A stretch of 64,000 bases of DNA from an uncultured virus (IMG/VR IMGVR_UViG_3300044627_004988) (Duplodnaviria > Heunggongvirae > Uroviricota > Caudoviricetes), in the IMG/VR virus record IMGVR_UViG_3300044627_004988; one strand, written 5' to 3'. The number at the start of each line of letters is the position of its first letter. The stretch's first letter is position 1. The position numbers and the translations under genes were made by a program. Shown here one piece after another: positions 17,843 through 29,300 of this stretch. Below the pieces are notes generated by a model. It saw nothing but the letters and a program-made list of their open reading frames with translations. It searched no databases and was not told the origin of the DNA.

Positions 17843-20503
17843 TTATATTACCTTTAATAGTTTATTAACAAATTGATCTGTATTTTTCATTTGGAATTTT
17901 AATATTAAGTTATCCACGAACGCACTGTTTGGCGTTGCGGGATCAAGTGTTCTTATAACTACCTTGTACCTAAGGGATTCAGGCATGTAGTCGTAATAGG
18001 CTTTAAAGTTGGTAGTTTTTTTAGAGAAGGCAAGTGTTTTTCCTGTTTGTATAAAGTAAGTTTGGGTTTGGCTATCAGATGGGTTAGAATACTTAATATA
18101 TTTATTAGAAAGATAATTAGTTAAATTGATAGCCGGTGTTCCATCTTCTAGTATAACACTTATTGGACTATACTCTGAGTAGTTAGAGCTTGGGTCGTAA
18201 CCTATTGTTCCCGAAGTTGCTGAGTATACATACCCATTAAACTTTGAATAATCTATGTATGGATCAGATGAAAGAATGGCTCTATTCTCAACGCCCTGTG
18301 TAGAAAGTTTTTCTCCTAGGCCATACTGGTCCGAATAGCTTCTCACATAAAAATTATTTATAGAAAGTTGAGAAAAATCTATTAAATTTGGGTCCTTGAA
18401 AGAGGCGTCTACTGAATAACTAACAACATAGACGCTTGATGCATCTGGCGTTATCACTTGCAAACTGTTTATGTTTTCAGAACCTACAACCCTAAAAGAG
18501 TTATCAGATAATAGTATGCCATTTTTATACAATTTGATTGAATTTGCTTTTGCGAAAAAGCGTAATGTACAAAGACCAGTGCCAACGTTTGGGTACAGCA
18601 CTTCAGCTGATACATCTGTTGTGCCATAAGGAAGGATTGGTATCCAATCGGATTCTTGTATTGGAATATTTTTTGTTGTTACGGAAAATTCAATCGAAGC
18701 AGTTTGCTTTAAGTCTAATAACTGGTTTAAAGTTTTTGGAATAAAATATTCTGACTTTAATTTTACTTGATTTATAAATCCACCGCTACTAATTTTCTTA
18801 GATACGTAATAGCCTTTGCTATTTGATAGCCCATTGCCCATCAAAGATTGACTAGAAGAATTTATCTGATCAGACGTGGCTATATCGTTTTGTATTAAAC
18901 CAAACTTTAAAGACTTTATAGAAAAACCATACTCATAAGATCCTATATTGTCTAGAGAATAAGAAGACCTGCTAAGATCAAATCTATCTGCCATGTGCAT
19001 AAGTGGCTCTTGATCCTGCACGTCTTTTCCATGGGGGCCCTGAGGGCTTCCTACATGCATCGTGCCGTTATGCTGTATATCAGAAATAGATAGAGGGTCA
19101 TCGTCACCCTTAACCGACAAGTACGCACTAGGTGACATTCTAAACTTGCCACCTAACACGTGAGATACAACAGACTCTACAAGATTAGTTAACTGATCCG
19201 CAGAGTTAAATCTATTTTCCATATCCATTTGCACAAACGATTTTTTGCCTTCTAAGAAAGAAGACAATGAACCATAAATTGGTTCAGTGTCGTCACATGG
19301 GTATCTATAAGAGTAGTTAATAGGCATGTACTTGCTATTAGTATTGAGGTAAGATGTTTCATTCCTGGTGTTAAAATAAGAATAAACTAGATCTTGCAGC
19401 TTATCATGCTTGTTGACTCTTTTATTTCTAATGCTTTTAATGTAATCATTTAACGTACGTGCTTGCATTTCTGCTGCAGCAGCTCTTCTATCTATTTTTT
19501 TATAAGTTGGTTGGCTGATAACGAACTCTATAGAACTTACTGTGCTGTGACTAAACGAAATATCTTTTGTCGAATCAATTAACAATGGAGATTCAAGTAC
19601 TTTTCCTATTGAACTACTGGAATTTAATGTCAAATCATTTGAGCTATTTATGATTACTTGAAGAATCTGGAAATCAATTCCAATGTTTGGAGAAATTCTT
19701 ATACAATTCATTTCTTCAGGTTTTGAAAACTCTATAGTAAAAGAAGCTTGAGCCCCAGAAATTCCTGGGTAAGAATAACCAATCTTATCCTGTAGCCCAA
19801 CTAAAGAATCAGATATTATTCGAGGTGACTTGATGGTAACATTCCAAGCTTTGTTAGCTTTTTCAGAAAAAATATCTTCTATAGAAGACGAAGTCGAAAT
19901 GTAATTAGAATAATTATTAATATAGTTTTTAACTATAGGGTTTGTATCTAGTTTCCTAAAAGGTTTTCCGTTTTTTAAAGTCCCTGCAATTATATCTACT
20001 TTACAAATTTTGCTTTGGTCAAAAGAACTTCCATCCCTATCTTTTAATTCAAGAGGTTGCCCTTCATTTATATAGGAATTGGTATCATCAGAAAATGTTT
20101 CAACAAATGAACCATTAAACAAATCATCCTCACCAGATATAAAAGCAAAGTTGTCTGCATAAATCTGTAGTTCTTGAATATTTTTTTCTAACTTTGCTAT
20201 TTCGGAATGCATTACGTTAGAGTAACTATTCATCGCATACGTAACGGTATTTAAAGAATCAAAATATTGTCTTGTTTTAATATTTATATCTCTAAAGAAA
20301 TCTATAATTGCTTCTAATGAAACTAAATTATAAGGCCTGATATAAAGGCCATTATAACTATTCAAATTTGACATAGAAGATAGGTTTTTAGCTAAGCTAC
20401 CTAAACTCCTTTTATCTTTCTTTGCTGAAATTATTAAATCAGAAACAGCTTTTCTAGAACCAAAAGTGTAGGAGTCTATATAGGGGGAGATGTATTTCCT
20501 CAT
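17843..20503 (-). CDS. Virion structural protein
   Basis: 886 aa; N-terminal coiled coil then beta-rich; WIPILP motif echoes WIPISA and WLPISP in the neighbouring proteins. Confidence 0.55.
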   Translation of the reverse strand: MRKYISPYIDSYTFGSRKAVSDLIISAKKDKRSLGSLAKNLSSMSNLNSYNGLYIRPYNLVSLEAIIDFFRDINIKTRQYFDSLNTVTYAMNSYSNVMHSEIAKLEKNIQELQIYADNFAFISGEDDLFNGSFVETFSDDTNSYINEGQPLELKDRDGSSFDQSKICKVDIIAGTLKNGKPFRKLDTNPIVKNYINNYSNYISTSSSIEDIFSEKANKAWNVTIKSPRIISDSLVGLQDKIGYSYPGISGAQASFTIEFSKPEEMNCIRISPNIGIDFQILQVIINSSNDLTLNSSSSIGKVLESPLLIDSTKDISFSHSTVSSIEFVISQPTYKKIDRRAAAAEMQARTLNDYIKSIRNKRVNKHDKLQDLVYSYFNTRNETSYLNTNSKYMPINYSYRYPCDDTEPIYGSLSSFLEGKKSFVQMDMENRFNSADQLTNLVESVVSHVLGGKFRMSPSAYLSVKGDDDPLSISDIQHNGTMHVGSPQGPHGKDVQDQEPLMHMADRFDLSRSSYSLDNIGSYEYGFSIKSLKFGLIQNDIATSDQINSSSQSLMGNGLSNSKGYYVSKKISSGGFINQVKLKSEYFIPKTLNQLLDLKQTASIEFSVTTKNIPIQESDWIPILPYGTTDVSAEVLYPNVGTGLCTLRFFAKANSIKLYKNGILLSDNSFRVVGSENINSLQVITPDASSVYVVSYSVDASFKDPNLIDFSQLSINNFYVRSYSDQYGLGEKLSTQGVENRAILSSDPYIDYSKFNGYVYSATSGTIGYDPSSNYSEYSPISVILEDGTPAINLTNYLSNKYIKYSNPSDSQTQTYFIQTGKTLAFSKKTTNFKAYYDYMPESLRYKVVIRTLDPATPNSAFVDNLILKFQMKNTDQFVNKLLKVI

Positions 20504-23500
20504 GTTGTTTTATACCAATCCTCGCCTGAATAATTTTGTAGATCATAAACCACACCAGCTGTTAGAGCAGCGCTTATTGTCTCTTTTATTTTAGCATTGC
20601 TCATGTAAGTTTTCAAGTTTTCCGGCAGTTGGATTACGACATAACCACCGTTAGAATAAGCGTATCCGTCTGGGCCCATTATATCCCAGTTAGATCTTAC
20701 TTCTGGGTAGTTGTCTAGTATTTCTTTTAGTGGGATAACCGAGGATACGCCACCACCCTTAAGTCTTAAGTCGTCCACCTTTAAGGTGTCTATGAAATTA
20801 TAATCAGATACATAAACCGTACACAATAGGATGTTTAATGGATTATAATTTGGATGAGATGGGTCAAAAATGTCACCATTCTTAGTATACTTTAAGGTAT
20901 TTTCATTTTCAATGTTATCATTATTAACTACCTGTATGCTTGATGAGTTTTCTACAAGAATACTTCTTGGCTCTAGATAAAAATAGATTGGCTTGTTCAT
21001 TTGTATGTCATCTTTAAACAAAAATGGGTTTAACTTTATGTCCTTTTTGTCTAAAACTTTTATTGGTACGGCAGAAGAGGCAACAGCATAATCAACTTTT
21101 ATAGATCTGATGTCGTTAGGTACGACTGCAGACTTAAATTCTATATAGCCAGTAGAATTGTTAAACGATGCTATTTCTGAAAAAGGAATAAGATCCCAAT
21201 TATTGGTCGTTGTATTTTTTATATATACAAAAACAAAAGGCTTTATTGGCGATGCGAAATAAGAAAGATTATCTGATGGCTCATGTATAACGGCAAATGG
21301 GATTTGTCTTAGCTTAATAGATGTAGAGTCTATTATGATTGGGGTCTCTTGTTTAACGTCTACGTATGGTTTTCCAAGTATTTTTGACCAACCAACATTG
21401 TTGAAGTTGGTGGTGTCATAGAAGGCTTTTACAGTACAGGTGTTTTCATCTTCCAACGCATATTGCTTTAGCCAAAAAATGTCTTCATTGTATATCTTGT
21501 CTAAATCTAATTTATATGTTTTAGTAAACGACCCAGAAGACACACCCACATGCCATGGATTTTTTTTGCTTAAACTACTTTGTGGCTTTTGTAATTGTAT
21601 GGCTGTTTTGTTTTTAAACTTTATATTATATATTGGGCATATAAGTTTGTTGGGAACGTTTATGTTTGTGATTGGTATGCTTTGGAAACCAGCATAGTCC
21701 ATGTCATCATTCAAAACGTTTCCATCATAGTCTGTTGCCATTACAGCTATATAAATATTTTGAGCACCGTCTTTTTCTAAGTATTCTGAATAAGAAATGT
21801 TTGTTCCTAAAAACTTTTTTGCTGCTAGATCATAAAAACCGTAAACTAAACCATCAGAAGCAAAGTTAGAATTCTTTTCTAAATATACATTAGTGATAGA
21901 GTTAAAGTCACCAATCATTCCTCTCATCTCAGTGGTGGACGCTAGGCTTACATCCATACCAACTGGTAGACCGCTATCATTACAGAGGCATACCACTCCA
22001 TCAAGATAGGTTATCCTACTCTTGTTCTGTGGCGATACTCTAGTCGTTTTTGCCTGATTAGGCTGAAGGAAACTTGCGTATAAATGCTTATGAGAAGTTG
22101 GGGTCACTACGTCATTACTGTAGCTAGCCTCACTACTCAGAGAACTAATGTTAACATCATAGGTTAAGTCTACTTGATCTGCACCGTTATAGGTTTCTTT
22201 GCTTTGTGCCAATGTTACATAGTTTATGTATGGGCTTGTCGAAGAAGTTGTCTGCCCTGTGGGTGCAACTTTTTTCTCGCTTATAACCAGTGGTTCAGTT
22301 GGCGAAACAATTGCTTTAGCAATGTCGAGTGATATCTCGCCCCAGCCTTTTGTAACTCCATTGTTTATTTTAAGTGAAGCAACTGATGTAAGGTTTAATG
22401 CTTGGCCTGCTTCTATTTTATCTGTGGAGTCAGTTTCATATACAAAAGTTTCTTTGACATTATCCTCATCTTTGTAGTAAAAACTAGTTACAGTCAAAGG
22501 TAGCTTATAGAAATCTGCACTAGTAAATTTGTCTGTTCTTGGCGTATTTGCAATAGTTAAACTTGAAACTTGTTTTGTTGTTTTAACATCAATGAAACCA
22601 GTCACTACCTTATCTGGGTCTGGTTTAGTAATCCATTCAAAATAATCCTCTTCTTCGCCTTCTGAACTATTTTGAAATACTATTTGCTCAATAAACATTC
22701 CGCATTGCGTTGGGTCCAAATGCGCCACCAAGCTTACTACCGCTTGCCTGTATCAGTACGTATTTATATTGGTTGTCTTTAGGATTGTTGATATTTAAGA
22801 AAAATCTTTTTGCACCGCCTGCTTCTATAACCGCTACGTCTATAAGGTCTTTTTCTTTTGCACCTGCTGCACGTCGTGTATTGAAAGCAGTTAGGCCAGC
22901 AGTTGGGCTGCATACTTCTTTAGTAAACTGGATTCTTGATATTGTTATATCAGCAGCTCCAGCGTAAATTTTTATTGATAGAATATCTTCTTTATCTGTT
23001 CTATCAAGAATGCTATCAGGTATTTGTACTATAAAATTACAGACAAGTTTATCTGGAGTTTTGCTTGGGATAGAGCCAGTGTATGATATTCTTCGTATTC
23101 TACCAGTAGCAGCAGACCCTACTGGATCACTTAATATAGCAGCTTCTATATACGATATGACTGCAGCGCCTATAGATGGTTTTTTTTCATAAAACTTTGT
23201 TATTTGTTTTTTATAATCATCTACCTTACCTTCATGCAGTTTTGTGCACCATACGTAAGCCATCGCAGACTTTGTTTCAGAATCAAGCTGTTGATCTACA
23301 TAGGCTAGTCCTGCCTTTGTTTGTAAAGAAGTTAAGGCTGCACCAGTTTGTGATCCTAATGTTCCATCGGTTACAACTGAATACCCAGCGGCTTTGAGAG
23401 TCCATTGAAGATAATGTACGTAGTTTCCGGTATTAACATCTCCTGTTCTTGGGCCTACGGAGTATTGCTTGTAGGTGTTTCCAAGGTCTATATCTCCAGT

Positions 23501-26326
23501 GTATGGAAAATGATTTCCCGCTTGTGCGTCACCTGTAACATGTATTGCCTTATAGTTTATTAAGTCTTGGACGCAAGCATATTTGTTTGTCATGCCTCTT
23601 CCTAGCCTAGTTATGGGTACATCAAATGTTGACTGTACTGATATGCTTTGCTTGGATCTTGCAAATTGCCACGTAGTGTCTACCGGGTCATCTGACCCTG
23701 GTTTAATTCGTGTTCCTACTTTTTCATAAACTGATTTAAAGTTCTTGATAGTGATAGGAAGGCTTAATGTAAAATCAGCTTGAAAAGAAAGATCAAAAGC
23801 AAGTGACGCTTCAGTGCTTCTGACCGCTCTATAACTTGTTTTAAAATCATAACTATAACTAAACGGTACGTCATTTGTTGCACTAGTTTGGTTGCCTCTG
23901 TTGTTTGTGACAGAGTTAATTCTATCTTTAATGTAGAATTGTCCAAACGTTGCAGGGATATTGAGGGGCATGGACATGGTCGTAGTTTTAACTACCGGGC
24001 TGCCCAAGGCTTCGGTAGCTGATATAGAGTAGGTGTAGTATGGTGTTGTTATACCAGAAGACAAAGGAGTCGTAAGACGTGTTCCATTTTTGGGTATAAT
24101 CGTTTCATTAGTAAACTCTATATAATAGGATATAACATCATTAGATGAATTATAGAATTGCCCATATGAGTTGTCTACTGATTTAGAGAAATCCTGCAAG
24201 AATATTTCTTTGTATGACATTGTGTCTATAGTTCTGTACAAGTCTCCGTTTTGATCTTTGTTTATCTGGAACTGAGCATACTCATCTAATTTATCATTTT
24301 TTATTAAAACGTCGTTATAGTCATACTCATCATTAGATGTTGGACCGTTTATGGCCCAGGAAGTTTTCCAAGCAGTAGCGTGCATAAGCACCGGTGTAAG
24401 CAGCGTGCTAGAAGAATTATTTGAGGAGTTTCCTGAAGTAAAGTACTTTGATATCAAACCAACTATAATTGAATTATAGAATACTTTTAATGGCCCTTCT
24501 GCATCAGAGGTTAACAACACCGAACCAACGCTTGCCGACTCTGGCAAAGCGCCGCCTTGGATGTAATCTGTTCCAGCTTTTGAGTTTATAGAAACGGTGT
24601 TAGATATGATAGTACCAGCACTAACTCCCCCTGATTCAATTGCTCCTACTTTATTAACTGTTAGAACTGGTCCAACGTTTGTTGATATTGATTGATAGGC
24701 GCTCATTGAACTAGCAAAAGCTGAGACTGTTTGCGCTATTTTTCCATAAGCACCGAAGCCCGTGTCAAAGACTTCGCTCCTGATGTCCCACGATCTATTA
24801 TCTTCGTACTCATTGATTGAGCTGTATGGGTACTGGGCTGCATCTGTGCTTCTATTATAAGTTACGGACGTTGCGGCACCGCTTACTAGGTCAGTTAATG
24901 GGATAGGGTATATCGACTTTACGGAAAGAGTAGGATTGCCTTCAAATTCAACGAATAAACAGCCACCATTGTTTAAGAATGTTGTTATCTTTGCCTGATA
25001 CTGCTCTATGTTTGTGTTAGAGTTGACCACAAGAATTAAAAAATCAAAAGTTTTTACTTGATCATGCGTGATAGTAGACAAGTCTACTGTCCAATATGAG
25101 TCGTCTAAACTAGTCGGGACTATAGCTGCTTGTTCCGATATTGGATTTTTAAAAAGGTAATTAAATATATTGATTGGGTTACTGTCTAAGTTTAACTTAG
25201 TAAAAATCTTATGGTGATCAACGTAACTTGCTTTTGTATTTGCCTTGATCACTGCTGCTTTTACCACGCCTCTAGACCTAGCAGAGTTACCTAGCAGCCC
25301 TTCTAGTCTGTTAGCATAGTTAAAGCTTCTATTTATCTTGCCTACTATTCTCCAACTAAAAACTTCGTACGTTCTGTCGTCTGTTATAGCTTTTTTGTTT
25401 ACATAAATATTGTAGCCTCTATCGTCGAAAACCCCGCCTGTAGAAAATTTATTTTGTATACTTTCCGTTGACTTAACTGCATACGTATTGTCGTATTTTG
25501 AACCATAATCTACTACGCTAGCTTCTTCCGACTCTTCATTAAATAATTGTATTGGCGTTATATTTTCCTTATAAGCTAATGATTGGTTAACGAGATAGTT
25601 ATCTGAGTCTAATTCAATCTTTGGATAAGACAAAAACAAATTTACTGGGTTTGGTTCTTCTAACAAAACTATTATCTTGTACAATCTCTCGCTTAAAGAA
25701 ACTTGCTTTTCGTTATATGACTCAAGAACTACCCTGTACTTTTTTTTGCCATTAAGATCAACATACTCTGAGCCATCTGGGTTCAAGACCATTATGTCTT
25801 GCAGGTCTATGGAGTCTCTTTTTCTTTCAATATTTTGTATTTCAGAGGTCTTGATAATGTCGAAATATTCTTTGCCATTATAGAAAACTTTTTGTACTAG
25901 ACTTCCACTCATCAAAGACTTGACAGTAAAGTATCTACTTACATAGTATGAATAAATATAATCAGATACTGAGTTTTCGCCAATCATATTTTGATTTAAA
26001 ATATTTACGTCTACATAGCTAGTGTTATTTCTTTGGCTGTTTCTATAATTGGTCACGTATATATCGGAAGATGGAAATTTTGAGTTTCCAGATAACGGAT
26101 CAAATAACATTCCAACTTCATTAGCTAACAAAGATACTTGTTCGTTTTTGTAATCAATAAAGTTTTCTTTTATTGAAGAAGAAGAATCTACTACAGTTAA
26201 ACTATTTCCCGGAGTTACTTCATCAACTTTAAAGTATGCTAAATTTACCGAGTTAGCTGGCAAAGCCGATCCGGTTCTAATCTTTTTTTCTTTTGAGTTT
26301 TCTATGTTGTTTGTAAACTTTTTCAT
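20500..26326 (-). CDS. Large virion protein (~1941 aa) with a peptidoglycan-binding domain, split by a +1 frameshift at ~22702
   Basis: PG_binding_1-like YVHYLQWTLKAAGY...DGTLGSQTGAALTSLQTKAGL (~23270-23430). The two ORFs join as ...GPNAM-GMFIEQ... by skipping the C in ATG CGG A. Confidence 0.7.
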
Positions 26327-26342
26327 CTATGTTCCATCTATA

Positions 26343-29300
26343 TTAGCTTGGGTATATTTGTCTGTTGTTGTCTAGGGAATAGTAATCGTTTCCAAGAATA
26401 CCCAGCTGATACTGCGTTAATCTTGGTATCTTAAACCATTTTGGCAAAGATACATTTGGTGTTGCGCTCTTTTGAGCTGGGTTTCCAGTCAAGTAATCTA
26501 TCTTATAAACTGGGGTAGAAGACACAAAAGAAAAATCACTTGCAGTAAACGTATCTTGCACCGACGTAACACGACCAGATGAATTCAAAATGGCATCTTG
26601 CGAATCTTCAAACCAATGTACTATGTCTCCTGATATAGTAACTGGGGATGACACATTATTGGAGCTAAATTCTGTTTCTACAACAGCAAACCAATATCCT
26701 GGGGTAGCTGAAGACTGTGCCGTGATTGGACCAATGGTAAACGAACCATCTTCCAAGGACACTACAGAATTATAAGTTGGCTTTGTTATAGCTGAATACA
26801 AGGTTCTACCCAGTCTATAGTAAACCCTAACAGAAGAAGTGTCTTTAGTTTTAGAGGACAGCATTCCTTTTATTGATAAGGTACTTACTCCATCGGCTTT
26901 TATTATCTGTGGGTCTACCTCAGCGTAGAGACTATCTAGGCCTGACTCTGACTTTACTATTGAATAGTTTAATGTAGCAGAGTCGTTAGCCATGCTATAC
27001 CCACTTTGTACCCCAGATATGTACAGGGGAGCGTTATTTACGATAGCTGGAGTAGCACCGGAATAAGCTACTCTTGCGTAAGCAAAGCCGTTATTGTCTG
27101 TTTCTACCGAGCTTGGTTCTACGGACAAGAGACTTGATGTAATATTATACTTTTGATACGGTTTTGGGTTTCCGTTTTTATCGTAACTTTCTATTGTTAA
27201 TATAGAATAGTCAGAAGCCGGGTCATCAATTAGATATCCTGGGTTTGTCTCTGCTAAAAATCTATCATACTCATAAACTGAGTCAGTCAAATAAACAAAT
27301 CCCTCGTTTAACAATGACTTCATTGGCGAATGATACACTCCTGAAGGTGTAGACGAATCAAACAACGTAGATTCATAGGTGACTGCGTAATTGGTGTCAC
27401 CAGTAATTGGAGTAGCGTGGAACAATATTTTAGTTTTCAACTTATTATTACTGTCAAGGTATTCGTTGTCTACTGAATAAGCATTTCTAACTTTATATTT
27501 TACCGTATAGGTTCTGCCAGGCACCATAGATCCCGCTGGCATTGTTATTTTTTCAGTATTTGAGCTACCATTTTCTAAAAGATATAATTCTGTTATTGGA
27601 TCATATACCGAGACTTCATAAATGTTTTTATAACCAACGTATAAATAATTGTTTTTTCTTGCCTCTAAATACTCTGTGTTAAAACTACCGAAAACTGATG
27701 GTGTCGCAGCATCGATAAAGGCTACTTGCGTCAAGCTAGTGCTAGGGTTGCTTAAAGATTCTATAATAACTGGCGCACCTTGCTTTGCGTGGCCAGACAA
27801 AACTATCTGATGATAAGGGTTAGAGGATGTATAGGTGACATTTTCTGTCACTGGTCTTGCATATACATAGGTTTCTTGGTTATTAAGGTAATACCAGCCT
27901 GTGTGTATTTCTGATTCAAAGTCTTTATTATGTTTTGTATTTAGTCTTGACCTAACTACTACAGAAGGTATGTAAACATCATTGTCTGTCCCCTGCTTTA
28001 GTTCATTGTAAGAATCAGCAGGTACATACATAGTGTTAGGCACTCTGAGATCATCGTCTTCACTTATAGAGTAGTACGGTATAACTGAACTTTTATCTGT
28101 CCAAACCTCAAATGAGTTGTCTGATGAATCAGCTGGAATTGCTGAAATATTATTTACAATGTATTTGTTTGGCGTTAATAAATTAAAGTCAAAGTTATAT
28201 CTATGGACATCTATACTAGAAATAGAATCAGATAATTCATAGCTTGCACCAATGTCTTCCTCCGACTTAATAACTCCTCTTTCAGACAATCTAAAGTACA
28301 CAGGTGTTGCTGATGTTTTTTCAAAATACTTCCATTCCCCTACGGTAAGCGGGTAGTTGTTTTGTCCAACACCATTAAGGGAATATTTTCTATTGCTCGG
28401 CACGGCATAAGGGTCCCAGTAAACCGAAAGTGTTGTCGGAGTACTTGATAAAGAATAAGATGGCGTAGCAAAAAATTGAGGACTTGTTATGTCTGAATCT
28501 ATCATTAATCCAGGAACAAAATAATTTATATTAAACTGTGGATGGTTTACATAACCACCATAACCGTTATATCCATAACCAGGCGTAGAGTAATCCGGGT
28601 CTATGTACGCATCTTCTGGGACGGTATTCCTTAACACCAAAGCGTTATAGGTTGGAGAGGACTGAGCCGGTGGGAATCCTTTTGCTAAAGCAACTAGGGA
28701 ATTAAAAGGTATACTAAAAGATGGGGTAGCAGTACCAGATGAGGTGGAGTATGGCCTTAAGACGCCAGAGGTTTTTACTGCAGAGGTATAGCCAATTGAA
28801 GGGGTACTAGAAAGCATGCTCGATCCATACTCGATCTGCATTTTCGAAATAGTTGGTGTTGTAATTGTATAGTACGGCGACGGCAAGGTCGAGGTAGAAG
28901 CGTTAGCATAGCTCGTTGTATAGTACTTTGCGGTTGCGTGACCCTTAGGGTGTATCCATCCAGAGTTACTGGTACTGTGTCCGCTTATCGTATATAGCGG
29001 TGTAGTGCTTGAATAAATAAAGTGACCAAAGCTTACTCTTGCTTCTGTCACATTAGATATATGTATTGTGTTGCTGGCTGTTGTTGAAGTATTGTCAACA
29101 TAATTAACATTTGTAGTTTTTGACTTGAACTGCACATCCGAGTTAGTTCTATTTGTCGCGATGTTAAAAATAGAATACAATGGACCAGCTGCATAGATGT
29201 CACTAACTGTATTGAGTGTATAGTTAGCATAATAAGTAACACCTGACACAACTAGCTCTACTAAAAACTTTATTGTAGCTGTTTTTTGATTAAGAATATT

